64,000 bases of DNA from the human T2T-CHM13v2.0 reference genome, Homo sapiens (GCF_009914755.1 NC_060925.1); one strand, 5' to 3'. Positions 33,140 to 48,109 are shown, numbered from the stretch's first letter. Notes: generated by a model not told the origin, from the letters alone. Made by a program: numbers and translations.

Positions 33140-35021
33140 TTACCAACAAAAAGTGCCTGGGACCAGATGGATTCACAGCAGAATTCTACCAGACATTCAA
33201 GGAAGAATCGGTACCAATCCTTTTGACACTATTCCACAAGATAGAGAAAGAAGGAACCCTCCCTAATTCATTCTATGAAGCTAGCGTTACCCTAATACCA
33301 AAACCAGAAAGGACAAAACCAAAAAAGAAAACTACAGACCAATATCCTTGATGAACATAGATGCTAAAATCCTTAACAAAATACTAGCTAACCAAATCCA
33401 GCAACATATCAAAAAGATAATCCACCACGATTGAGTGGGTTTCATACCAGGGATGCAGTGATGGTTTAATATATGCAAGTCAGTAAATGTGGTACACCAC
33501 ATAAACAGAATTAAAAACAAAAATCACACTATCATCTCAATAGATGCAGAAAAAGCATTTGACAAAATCCAGCATCCCTTTATGATTAAAACTCTCGGCA
33601 AAACTGGCATATGAGGTACATACCTCAATGTAATAAAAGCCATCTACGACAAGCCCACAGCCAACATAATACCAAATGAGGAAAAGTTGAAAGCATTTTC
33701 TCTGAGAACTGGAACAAGGTAACAATGCCCACTCTCACCACTCCTCTACAACATAGTACTGGAAGTCCTAGCCAGAGCAGTCAGACAAGAGAAAGAAATA
33801 AGGGGCATCCAAATCAGTAAAGAGGAAGTCAGACTGTCACTGTTTGCTGACCATATGCTCATTTACCTCGAAAACCCTAAAGGTTCCTCCAGAAAGCTCC
33901 TAGAACTAGTAAAATAACTCAGCAATGTTTCCGGATACAAGATTAATGTACACAAATCAGTAGCTCTTCTATACAACAGCGACCAAGCAGAGAATCAAAT
34001 CAAGAACTCAGCCCCTTTTTCAAGGGCTGCCAAAAAAATAAAATACCTAGGAATATACCTAACCAAGGAGTCAAAAAACCTCTACAAGGAAAACTACAAA
34101 ACACTGCTGAAAGAGATCATAGATGATACAAACAAATGTAAACACATCCCATGCTCATGGATAGGTAGAATCAATATTGTGAAAATGACCACACTGCCAA
34201 AAGCAATCTACAAATTCATTGCAATCCCCATCAAAATACCACCATCATTCTTCACAAAATTAGAAAAAACAATTCTAAAATTCATATGGAGCCAAACAAG
34301 AGCCCACATACCCAAAGCAAGTCTAAGCAAAAAGAACAAATCTGGAGGCATCACACCACCTGATTACAAACTATACTGTAGGGCCATAGTCAACAAGCCA
34401 GCATGGTACTGGTATAAAAATGGTACATAGATCAATGGAACAGGATAGAGAACCCAGAAATAAACCCAAATACTTACAGCAAACTGGTCTTCAAGAAAGC
34501 AAACAAAATCATAAAGTGGGGAAAGGACACCCTTTTCAACAAATGGTGCTGGGATAATTGGCTAGCCACATGTAGGGGAATGAAACTGGATCCTCATCTC
34601 TCACCTTACATAAAAATCAACTCAAGATGGATTAAGGACTTAAATCTAATGCCTGAAACTATAAAAATTCTAGAAGACAACATTGGAAAAACCATTCTAG
34701 ACATTCTTAGGCAAGGATTTCATGACCAAGAATCCAAAAGCAAATGCAATAAAAACAAAGATAAATAGTTGAGACTTAATTAAACTAAAGAGCTTTTGCA
34801 CAGCAAAAGGAACAGTCAGCAGAGTAGACAGACAATCCACAGAGTGGGACAAAATCTTCACAATCTGTACATCTGACAAAGGACTAATATCCAGAATCTA
34901 CAATGAACTCAAACAAATCAGTAAGAAAACACAATCGCATCAAAAAGTGGGCTAAGGACATGAATAGACAATTCTCAAAATAAGGACAAACAAATGGCCC
35001 AACAGACAAGAAAAAATGCTC

Positions 35022-35315
<294 letters not shown>

Positions 35316-37739
35316 TCAATATCACTAATGATCAGGGAAATGCAAATCAAAACCGCAATGTGATACCACCTTACTCCTGCAAGAATGGCCATAATAAAAA
35401 AATCAAAAAACAGTAGATGTTGGCGTGGGTGCAGTGATCAGGGAACACTTCTACACTGCTAGTGGGGATGTAAACTAGTACATCCCCACCTACATGTGGA
35501 AAACAGTGTGGAGATTCCTTAAAGAACTAAAAGTAGAACTACCATTTGATCCAGCAATCCCACTACTGGGTATCTACCCAGTGGAAACGGAGTCATTATA
35601 CGACAAAGATACTTGCACAGGCAGGTTTATAGCAGCACAATTCACAATTGCAAAATCGTGGAACCAATGCAAATGCCCATCAATCAATGAGTGAATAAAG
35701 AAATTGTGGTGTATATATTTGATGTAATACTACTCAGCCATAAAAAGAAATGAATTAACGGCATTTGTAGTGACCTGGATGAGATTGGAGACTACTATTC
35801 TAAGTGAAGCAACTCAGAAATGGAAAACCAAACATCATATGTTTTCACTGACATGTGGGAGCTAAGCTATGAGGATGCAAAGGCATAAGAATGATACAAT
35901 GGACTTTAGGGACTTGGGGTGAAAGAGTGGGAGGGGGTCGAGGGATAGAAGACTACAAATGGGGTGCAGTGTATACTGCCTGGGTGATGGGTGAACCAAA
36001 ATCTCACAAATCACCGCTGAAGAACTTACTCACGTAACCAAATATCACTTGTACCCCAATACCTTATGGAAAAATAAAAAACAGAAATAAAAATAAATAA
36101 AAATGGAAAAAAATAAAAGCAATGCAAATTGCTGGTTTTAATTTAAAAAGCCCAGTTGGCTTTGAGACTCTTGATATACGTCATTGTCATCCTTATGCAA
36201 TACTCAACCAATAGAAGTGGTTCTGGAAGTTCCAATAAGCATCTATATTTTAATCCTGAGAAACTGTGAGGCATTTGTGCCTGCATAGGCCAAGTTTTTC
36301 ATCCATTCTACTGAATCACTCTATTTATTGACTCCATGAATACAGCAAATTCATCATGTCACTCAGTATTCCCTAGTTATATAACTCTTCCATGTAAGAA
36401 ATAGCATCAGCAACAGCAACAAAAACAGTAACATCACTGACATTTTCATTAAATATGAGCACTCAGGAATGAACCTGTTGAATTAAATGAATGCACTATT
36501 ATCTAAGCTTAGTGCCTCTTGGACAACATGTAAAATTGGACTCTTAGCAAGCAATACACTCTACTATCTAAATTCAAATATAATTAACGGTTAGTTTTCC
36601 TCATATTTCATATCTCTCTACCTTAACTTCCTGAATTTTACACCTAACTCTATTTATACTCTTTTGTTTTATTGCTAAGGTTTGAGACATGGAAATGGCC
36701 AATTTCTCCATATTAAATGTAGATCTTTTTAAATATGTTTTTCACCCACTTAACAATCTTTTTGAATGACCGTTGTTGGTTTGGAAGACCAGATGATGTC
36801 CACCTCACTGCTAACTCCATTTTCTTTTTACTTCTCTTCCCTTTGTCTTTTGCTCCTTCTTCCCAGGCATCTACCCACAAAATCTCCTGACTCCCTTGTT
36901 ATTTGTTTCTTCCCGTCATATTTGCTATGTTTATATCAACTTAATGTTGACAGAGGTATATGTACTTTAGATATCTTTATTAAGGTATGGTGCTGTGACA
37001 TTCTAACTATAAAGTGTTATCTCAGCATGAATGAAGGCTTATGAAGAGGGAGAAATGTTCTTCAGATTTTTCTTTAAAAGGCAGTGCATTTAGGCTGGGA
37101 TAGAACACTGATTTCCAAGGATTTCTAACAATATGTGACATCCAGAAAGTCTATTATCTTACACACCAAATTTCAGTAGCCATCTGGGACGCCAAATTAC
37201 CAATGAAACAAAAGACACGACACAGTAGTAAGGTGCACAGGTTTTGTAATTTAAAAAAAGGAACATGATCATGATTGATTATATTTGCTCCCAAGATTTA
37301 TGTAACTGACCAAATAAAGTTAATTTTTTTTTCTTTCATGGATCAAACAGTATCTTTGATAGACGCTGTATTGAAAACATTATTTTAATTTTTTATTATT
37401 AAAAGAAAAAACCTAGATGTTAATTATTCTTCAGTGATTAAAAAGATACAGATAATATAAAGTTATGGAGGAAAAAGATTTAAAAAGAAAAATGAGAAAA
37501 AATGGTAAGCTGGAGAAAATATGCTCTCAAAAATGGAACTCTTTGCTAAGAGCCACAGATGCAATACCTTGAACCTCAGGAGAGCTTTAATTAGTCCAGC
37601 TCTTCCTTGAGCGCATGCTCAGAAGCTTTGGTGCTGACTGTAAATTAGGGCAAGGAAATCCAGCAGGGGCCTGGGTGGGTTAAGGGGGAAGGGCAGAATC
37701 TTAAAGGGGCAATGACCATTTAAAGGAGCAATGCCTGTC

Positions 37740-38200
37740 AGCCCCACCGTTCTTGTTGTAGGCTCCTCAACCTGCCACCACAAACCTAATTCAACTTCTG
37801 TGTTCCCTGTCTCAGTTAATAGCACCTCCACTCCCCAAGTCTGGCTACAATGACTAAACATGGGAGTTGTTCATGATTTCTCCCTTTTTTGCACCTGCAA
37901 AATGTCAATTTTGCTGATTTTTACCTTAAATTTGACTTCATTTTTCCATTCCTGTTATCATTGTTCTGTTTTAAGCCCTCATTGGGTCCTGTTTGGGCCA
38001 TTACAATAATGTCTAACTGGTGTTATATGCATTTTCCGCTGCTGCCAAATCATCTTTTAAAACTCACATCACTCCGACTTAAAACACTTCAGTGGTTCCC
38101 ATCACCTGTAGGAAAAAGTTCCAGCCCCTTCCTGGTCTCTGTCAATTCATCAGACGTCATTTCAGATTGCATTTTCTGTTCTCACAATCATCAATTACTT
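37740..38200 (+). mobile_element. L2 fragment
   Basis: ttccctgtctcagttaatagcacc and cttaaaacacttcagtggttccc motifs. Confidence 0.6.
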
Positions 38201-38807
38201 CTGGCATATAGATCCCAATACAAGGTAAATAAACACTGAATATGTAGAAGAGTTTTTGACCCACTTAAAAACATATATTTTTAGGGAGTAAGACGAACTA
38301 ATCTAATATCTAATTAACACTTAATTTGTTAATTGTATGTCATATAAAATATTAATTTATATATTTTTTCACTCAAATGCATCATGATGTCAAAGAAAAA
38401 TCCTCAAAAGTTAAAAACATGACTCTCTTACCAATATAGAATTAATCTATGTCAAAGCTTTTATTGCCTTCAATAATTGATGAGGGAACCAGCAGGATGA
38501 TAAACTGGTTCTAAGAGCATTTGAAGAAATTATTATTTACACACAAAAAAGAATGCTAGAACAGGATTGTTAGATTAGATACAAAACCCGTTAATGTCCC
38601 ACAGGGTAATGAAATCATAGATTATCCTTCTAACTGAAGATAATCACTTACATCTCTACCACATACTAAAAAAATCTGTAAGTTGACAACTCACTGCACA
38701 GTGCCTGAGCTCTTATTAATAGAGTAAATAGTAAAGTCAAATGCAGGAGCATTCTCCTACAGCATTAAATAATCCTGGGGGCAGATCTGTTAAACAATGC
38801 TCCATTA

Positions 38808-39204
<397 letters not shown>

Positions 39205-39644
39205 TCACATGAATCTTCTACATCAGTGTTTTTGGCATCATGATCGTCTCTTCTTGGGTCAACTAACAAAGTTTTCCAGAACACAACATCTTTAGGTCCT
39301 TCTAAGTTTTCTCAGATACAGTACCCTTGGGATCTTGTGTACGTTTTTATCCACTTTGAAAAGGAGATATATATCTTATATAATATAAACACTGTGGAAA
39401 AGTGCATAGTTCTGTGGATGTTAAAAATGTAGGAATAGCTATCAAAATAATAATAATCTGTAGCTCTTCAAAAAAGCAAAAGAGAGAAAGGCGGTATAAA
39501 AATAGCTTTAACAATCTAACAGTTGGCCATAAAGGAAAAAGAAGATGATAAACAGAAAACAAAATAAGTTGGTAGAAATAATTTCTGATATACCGCTCCC
39601 AATAAATACAAACGGATTTAACTCATCTATTACAAGACAAAGAT

Positions 39645-40019
<375 letters not shown>

Positions 40020-40073
40020 GATAGACACTATCAACCTGGATGGAAAAAAGAAGTCCTCCTTTCATAAACATGC

Positions 40074-41240
40074 TGCTATGGTCTGAATGTTAGTGTCTGT
40101 CTTAGTCTATCTGTGCTACTCTGACCGAATATCACTGACTTGGTCATTTATAAAGAAAATAAATTTGTTTATTACAGTTCTAGAGGCTGGGAAGCCTAAG
40201 ATTAAGGTGCTAGCAGGTTTGTTGTCTGGTGAGGGCTGCACTGTCCAAAGAGGAGGAACATTATATCCTCACATGGCAGAAGGTGGAAGGGCAAACGGGA
40301 CAAATTCCCTTGTCATGCCATTTTATAAGGGCACCTAATCCCATTTATGAGGGCAGAACCCTCATGAGTAATTTACTTCCCAAAGGCCACACTTCCCAAT
40401 ACTGTTGCATTGGAAATGTCTGAATTCTGGAGGGAAACATATTCAAACCATAGCATTCTGCCCCTGCCCCCTCACCCAAATTCATGTCCTTCTCACACAA
40501 AAATACATTTATTTCATGTCAATAGCCCCTAAAATCTTAGCTCATTCCAGCATCAACTTTATAAAGTCTAAAGTCCAGAGATATGGGAACCAATGCATGG
40601 TTCATCCTGAGGCAAATTCCTCCCCAGCTGTAAACTTGTGAAATCAAACAAGTTATGTGCTATCAAAACAATAGTGTACAGGCATAGGATAGACACTGCT
40701 ATTCCAAAAGGGAGAAATAGGAAAGAAGAAAGGGGTAACAGGTCCTAAGTAAGTCTAAAACCCAACAGGGAAACCCTGTCTGGTTGCTTTGCTAGCAGCA
40801 GTCCCCACTTCACTTCTCACTGGCTAGGGTCACTGCACACCTCCCAATACTCTTGCATTGAGAACATCTGAATTTTGGAGGGGAAACATTCAAATGACAG
40901 CAGTGTCCCCCTAAATTAGTGTTGGAACCTAATACCAAATGTGATAGTATTAAAAAGTAGGGCCCTTGAGAAGTGATTAAATCATGAGGGCTCCATCCTC
41001 ATGAATGGGATTAATGCTCCCATAAAAGACTCTGGAGAGCTCTCTTGTCCTCCTACTGTAAAGATGCGACAAGAAGGTGACATCTTTGAAGCAGAAAGCA
41101 GTCCTTCATCAGACACCAAATCTACCGGTGCCTTGATTTTAGACTGCCCAGCCTCCAGAACTGTGAGCAATAAATTTCTGTTGTTTATGAATTACCCAGT
41201 CTAAGGTATTTTGTTATAGGAGCCAAAATAGACTAAGACA
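40074..41240 (+). mobile_element. MLT1A0-like MaLR LTR, split by a nested MST element
   Basis: tgctatggtctgaatg...gactaagaca termini; TSD catgc/tatgc. Confidence 0.88.
40098..40902 (-). mobile_element. Internally deleted MST-type MaLR provirus (full LTR 40098-40455, internal 40456-40835, LTR remnant 40836-40902)
   Basis: Perfect 5-bp TSD gtgtc (40093-40097 / 40903-40907). 40836-40902 repeats 40388-40455. Confidence 0.88.
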
Positions 41241-41668
41241 TATGCCTTAAGCAGAAAGAAACTTACAGGATGAACATAAAAAGACTATATAAGAATAAAA
41301 AGATTACAAGGAAAATACAAACAACAGAAAAGGTGATGCAACAATATTGATATGAGACAAAGTAAAAAAGACCAAAAGCACTAAAAAGAGCTATTTCATC
41401 ACGATAAAAAAGATTCAACTAGTACCTTTATGAGCACACAGAGACAAAAAGAGAACTTGATAAACTCAAAAATGATATTAATTTTGGAAAATTTTGATAT
41501 ATTAAAAACTGATACATTCAGCACAGAAAAATTAAGTAATAATATAGACTACTTAAATAAAATTAGATCAACAAGTTTGATTAATAGTTAGAGAATCTTG
41601 CACACAACAAGTGGAGAATATATGTTATTTCAATACACGTGGAACATTGAAAAAAAAAAAAGGCTACG

Positions 41669-41956
41669 GGCTGGGCATGGTGACTTACACCTGTAATCCC
41701 AGCACTCTGAGAGGCTGAGGCGGGTGGATCACTTGAGGTCAGGAGTTTGAGATCAACTTGTGCAACATGGCAAAACCCCATTTCTACAAAAAATAAAAAT
41801 GAGCCATGGTGGTGTCTGCCTATAGTTCTACCTACCTGGGAGGCTGAGGTGGAAGGATCACCTGAGCTGGGGAGATTAAGGCTGCAGTGAGATGTGATCA
41901 AGCCACTGCACTGCAGCCTGGGTGACAGAGAAAGATACTGTCAAAAAAAAAAAAAA
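41669..41956 (+). mobile_element. Alu (AluJb-like)
   Basis: J-type right monomer and A-tail. Confidence 0.9.
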
Positions 41957-42191
41957 GAATAAAAAGAGAAAAATCACATATTAGGTCACAAAAAATTAAA
42001 ACAATTTCCAAGATTTAATATAATCTCTGTCTACAAAGCATATAAATTATAAACAACACTAAAAAGATGGTAAAAAAAATAGCAACCTTTAATTGGAAAC
42101 AAAAAATGCACTAAAAATAGCTCATTGGTTAAAGAAGAAATGACAATGTCATGAAATATTTAAAAGTAAAGACAACAAAAGTACCACATGA

Positions 42192-42556
<365 letters not shown>

Positions 42557-44225
42557 ACACATAATTATTCTTCAAAAAGAAATATTAAAAGCAAAGAAGC
42601 TAAACTTCAAGTCATGTGGCTAGTAAAAGAATTACAAAGTAACAAAAGTAAAAAAAAAAAAAGGAAAGAATTCATATAATCAATGAAATAAAAAAATTCA
42701 CAAAACTTTTTAAAAAATAATAAAGTAGACAAACCTCTGGCAAGACTGATAAGATTGGAACAATAAAGATGAACACTATTCAGAATGAAAAATGGGACAT
42801 AAACAGTTAGACCCTTATTTTTAAAAATCCCAAGAAAACAATGTGAACTAGTTTATTCCAAAAACAATTTCTAAACTAGATAAAATAGAAACATTTCTAG
42901 AAAAAAAGTGGTTCAAGAAGAAATGCAAAGACATACGAATATATCTAGTTATACACACCTATTTATCTTTACCCATTATCTATAAATCTGTAATAAAGAG
43001 GCTCCCCCTGCAAAACAAGCTAAGTCTAGATGGTTGCAGGAGAGTTTTACCAAACACTCACACTCATGTTATGAAAGCACTATAAAATCTTACTGCCAAA
43101 TCTAGACATAAGCATCAGGAAGAAAAGAAAATTATAGGCCTAGTTCGCTAGTCACAGATGTAAAGTCCCTAGACAAAACACTAGCAAATTAAATTTGGCA
43201 ATAAATAGCAATATCGTGAGCAAGTATTAATAGGATTTATTCCAGTAAAGTTCAATATCAAAAAAACTATTACCATAATGTACCCGATTATCAGATTCAA
43301 GAAGAAAAACAATAGGATCATGTCAATAAATGCAAAAAGCACTTATTAAACTTCAGCATTTATTAATAATGAGGATTCGTAGGAAACAGCCAAAGAAGGA
43401 AACTTTTTAAACTATTAATAGTACTTATACAGAAAACGTTTCCTTAAGTAAGAGAGAGAAAAAAATCTTAAGAGTTTATAGAGTTTACAGTTTCCAACCC
43501 ACTGATAAATTCAATTACAGTGAGCATTCATTTAATTGCTAAAAAAAGAAAGCAGCTGACCAGTAAAGCCTAGCTACCAATACGCTGCAACAGACATCAC
43601 AATTAACGGAAAATTTTGGAAGCATAAGAAGGATACTGGCAGGTCAAGGACACTAGCTGGTCGCCATTTCTATTCAATGTTAAACTAGAAGTCATGGTCT
43701 AGACAATGGAATACTATGCAGCTGTTAAAAAGACAACACATAATAAACAAAAAGGCAAATGAGGTTAGGAGGTGGAGGCATGAGGGGACTAACGCAGGTG
43801 TCCAGCGTCCCTTGGCCCTGCCACGCTTTTTTTTTTTAATTTCCACCTGACAAACTGCCGTTTATCCTTTAAATACCTTGGCAGCCATCACATCCTGCCC
43901 CTTCGTCTTTTGCACTTCCTTTGTACCTCGTGCATACTTCTATAAGCAAATGTATCCGACGGTTTTACAAGAATTTGCTTGCCTACCAGTGTACTTAACC
44001 CATGGCTAGCACAGAATAGGACTGGAAAGAAATGCTGCACAGACAGCACTTTTCTCTGAAGGCTCTAGGGCTCCCCAAGCCCCCGCATTAAACTGGTTTG
44101 GGCAAAACGACAGGCATTGCTGAGAGCCGCCAGGCCGCCCGCCAGCTGCGGGTCCCCTGTAGGCAGAGCCCTGGGTCACACGCGGACGCGGTCCCGATGT
44201 TTCTTCTCAGGCCCTCAGCCCGGCC

Positions 44226-44237
44226 CACTTCCTCTTT
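44226..44237 (-). promoter_or_regulatory. PU.1/SPI1-type ETS site (AAAGAGGAAGTG)
   Basis: cacttcctcttt on +, a full match to the extended PU.1 consensus. A second ETS core ACAGGAAGT lies at 44309-44317. Confidence 0.55.
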
Positions 44238-44618
44238 CCTCACTTTAAGGCGCAGACAGCGGTCCCTCTCAAAACAAAACGTACACCAAAACACCATTTT
44301 TTTTTTAAACAGGAAGTCCAGAGGCCCGGGTCCAGGGCATCCAGCCCCGGATCTCGAACGCCCTCCTCGCCCCTCGCCCCGCGTAGCCCGGCTGCGCTCC
44401 CCGCTCCCCGCCCGGCGTCCACCTCTCGAGCCTGACAGCCCCGCCGCCCGCGCAGGCGCCCCGCCCCGGCCCGGCCCGCCCCGGCCCCGCCGCCAGCGCT
44501 TCCATCCCCGCCCCGGCGGGTCCAAGCCGGTGCCGGGCGCCCAGGGGTTGCCGCGCTGGGCGGGAGGGCAGCGCCTGAGAGGGCGGTGGGGTGGCGGGGT
44601 TCCTGCGCGCGGCCCGCC

Positions 44619-44705
44619 ATGGAGGTGGAGGAGGCGTTCCAGGCGGTGGGGGAGATGGGCATCTACCAGATGTACTTGTGCTTCCTGCTGGCCGTGCTGC
44701 TGCAG
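44619..44705 (+). CDS. SLC22A15: SLC22A15 coding exon 1 (aa 1-29, [29 protein letters not shown])
   Basis: ATG in strong Kozak context (cccgccATGg). 87 nt ending in CAG|GTAAGT, a consensus donor, phase 0. The peptide matches the SLC22 N-terminal pattern (xGxxGxYQ, then TM1) and the recalled SLC22A15 N-terminus. Confidence 0.97.
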
Positions 44706-47700
44706 GTAAGTCCCCGCGGCCCCGCAGCCGCATTTCCCTCTTCAGGGCCGCCCGGCGCAGGGCTAGGCGTCCGCTCCCAGACCGCCGGGGCCGGGGCCGA
44801 GGCCGAGGCTCTGCAAACACCGAGGTGTGGCGAGCGTCGGGGTGGGGCAGGGGCGAGGCGCCGCGCGGTGGCCTGGGCCCGGCCGGCAGCGTCAAGGTCG
44901 CCGGCCGGCCTCAGAGCCTCTTGGGTTCTGCTGGGCCCTCCACCCCGCCACCTTGAGTGGTCGAAGGAGCGTGTTGGGGGAGGTTTCTCAGCCGCTATGC
45001 TGGTTAAGGAGGGATGCAAAATTGTGTTACCTGCCCTACGCTGTTGCCTATAACACGCTGCAAATATGAAGGGAATTGTTACCCTACCTGTGGCACTGTC
45101 ACCTTGGAATCTAGGACACAGTCTTGATAATCTGCAGACAAAAGGTTGTGTCTAGGATCGCCTCCCTCTGCGCCGGGTGTCCTCTGCCTCTTTTCCTGGG
45201 CTTGAGGGGGCTTACTCTTCTAGGGGCTTTCAAAGCATAGGATTTATTTCCCTCTGGTTTAAGTTCTGCTGGCTCATTCGGCCCTGCGCCAGCCTTGGGC
45301 TGAGACTCCCGTAAGCCGAATAGTGCCATCTACCATGTGTGGTTATCAAATGGAATCACTTCTTCATTATAAAGAATTCTCAGAACCTACTTGTACACCC
45401 CAGCCTCAAAATATCGATTCCATATGCGAAAGGTCACTACAGATTAACTGCGCCAGGCAAGGATTAGTCCTTCACCAACTTAAATGGCTCATTTGACATT
45501 AGTCGCTTCTCTCAATATGCCAGAGGCATTTCATTCACAAATCCTTTCTTAGTATTTGCTGTGAGCCAGCCATTTTACTCTTTCCTTCAGTCAACAGGTT
45601 TAATACGGGCTAGGATGTGCTGAACATAGGGATGCCATGGTGGACAAATCATTGACTGCCCTCAGGAGCTTGCATTCCAGTGGCTGCGGGTGGGGCAGGC
45701 AGACAGTTAAGTAATTTAGTTAGCATGTGATGATAGTTATTCTGCAGGAAGTACAGAGTGGTCATGGATATAGCCACCAGTCCACAAGTTGCTTAAAGCT
45801 TGCATAAGACAGTGGCTCAACAGGAAGATGGGGGAAGGTAGGGGTTGACTTATTGATTAAAATGTTTGGAAGTTCAGTTGATTTCATCATCAGCCAGAAA
45901 CGGTTCAAATGATGGAGTCAGTTCTTTTTCTAGCCGAACAGTTCTCAGCTCACGAATATGTGGTATTCTGAAGTTCTTTTAAGCTCGTTGTTTTAGCTTT
46001 AAACAAGCTTTCCCCAGGGAGAAAAAACGTTCAAGCTAAATGATAAGAGTATTTAATACCGAGAAAGAAGAATTGCAACCATGATGCCTGATCTTTATTT
46101 ATAACAGTTTCTTTGAGAAAACCCTTTTTTTCTGTTCCAGCCATGAATTCCAGGAACATACATCCTTTCTTGAACAATCCCAGCTCCCCATCCCTCTATC
46201 CCTACCCTTCACTTCCTGTTATCATTTTCTTATTTGCCTAGCCAAGTATCCACTAACTTGGAGTAAGTTTGTCTTCAGTAGAGTGAGGTTCTAAAAAGGC
46301 CAGTGTTCTCGGTTTAGGACCTGTTAAGTTTCTCTAACTTACTTTTATTTATGGTTGACCCAGTTAGTTAGAGTTTGCTATCAAAAAGTTCCAAGCCCAT
46401 GCCTATGACCGTTCACTAAACCTTGGCTGATTTATGGTCAGTATTTGCGGTACAAGGATCAGGTCTTAGAGTGTTGGGGATGAGTGACTGATTGTTTATC
46501 TTATAGATGTGGGTGGGAAGATGCCCTGTAGCTGTGCTTATACCAGTGGAGGAGATGCCAGCCTAGGCAAAAGTGAATCCTTCACATGCTACGTGTTTTT
46601 AAGGACTCAGTTACCCCATTGAGATACATGATCCAGGGGGTTGTAGAGCCACCCAGAGCTACCCTGGGTATGAGAGTGGATATCCCCAAAGACCTCTCTA
46701 CCAAGTCTGTTGTTGGAGATGTTTTGTATTACGGCAGCTGGTCTGTGGAGTGGGAGTACTGTGGAGTCCCATTGCTCAGTTGTATCACAGGTGATTTCAT
46801 CATTCTTGGGGATGAGGTTTTGCTTCCCCCAGCAGAGTAAGAAGCCCTTTTTACACAGTTGCCTTAAATGAAAGGGGGTTTTTCTGCTTTTAAAATCAAA
46901 GGAGTTTTCGTACCATTGCCCAAGGAAGGGGCAGACCAACAACACAGCAACAAGGCCAGAGAGAGGGAGCCTCTGCTTCAGTGGGAGCCTTCTCCCCATC
47001 TGCGATTTGATAATGATTAACCCCAGCTGAGAGGCACAAAACCAGAAGGACAGAGGTGGAAATTTTACAGGCCTTTTAACATTTTCCTTCTTCTGGGACC
47101 ATTATTATTATTTTTAAAAATGATTTTCCCTTTACCCCAAACACATCTATGTTCAAACTAAGAGGACAAAACCACATAGCAAAGCCAATTCTAAAGGGTT
47201 TTTGGTTAACTGTTTTCTTGAATTATTAGTACCATCATGTAGATCATCAAAAGTTACTTCACTATCCAGTTTCCTTTGGCTAGGAGACTTGCCCTCATAC
47301 TCCTTGCAAACACAATTTTTGGAATCTCAATAGCATTCAACTTTGAGATAACTAAAGAACAGATGCAGATTTTGCAGATTTTTCCTCAGCGTAAGATGCA
47401 AATGCCCTGAAAATGGTGATATGTGGTATTAATGTACATAAACAAAAAGTGAAGGGAAAAAGATTGCCTATGTAAAAATGGTTGACTTATGAATAAACAA
47501 TAAGCTTTACAGTTAGAAACATTCTTACCATCAAAATGTACTTGCTCTCCCTAGGATCAGAGCTATCTGCGATATTTAAATAGGAATAATTCTATTTAGC
47601 ATATTACTGTTTCTCTTCTGATGGTGATTCCGAGTTGCTGCCATCGTCACTATTTTGTGTTTGTGTATGTGTTTGCTTGTTGTCTAGGCTCTCTGGAGGA

Positions 47701-48109
47701 GGAGGGTTGGAATACAATTCATTGTTTCTTGATTTCTTTAGACATGCAATGAAAATGGACGTTACTTCTTTGTTCTAAGCCAGAGGCTCCTGCTTTGTCA
47801 TTTTCCTCAAAATCATGAATCGTACATTATATTATAATTTGCACAGAATTTAAAGCCCCCATTTACTATCAGGAACATGTAATCTATAACAAGCATTCAC
47901 CAGCAAAATTGTGATGCTGTGCTATGAATCTCATCTTAGATTCTGGTGTTCAGGAATGCATTATTTTTATATATATATTAAGTATATATATATACTTAAT
48001 AACCTTATTTTTTAGATCCTGGAATGACCAGTGCATTAATATTATCCATGCAATAAATAGCTTTTCTCAGCATTTTAGAAAGTAGAATGATTGCAGAAGA
48101 GGAAACTGT

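Larger units (their letters stand above)
44120..44980. promoter_or_regulatory. CpG island / TATA-less promoter of SLC22A15 with multiple GC boxes
   Basis: Abrupt GC- and CpG-rich stretch in CpG-poor DNA. Repeated CCGCCC/GGGCGG (Sp/KLF) sites at about 44400-44520. It encloses exon 1. Confidence 0.93.

Noticed and set aside
44088-45069. Many overlapping 80-203 aa ORFs on both strands across the CpG island
   Set aside because: Pro/Arg/Gly/Ala-rich frames are expected where GC content suppresses stops. Only 44619-44705 has a splice donor and family homology.
46507-46999. 130-aa minus-strand ORF and a possible 330-nt cryptic exon (46507-46836)
   Set aside because: No recognisable homology. The putative exon has a weak donor (AGA|gtaaga) and an early in-frame TAG, and such sites are common by chance.
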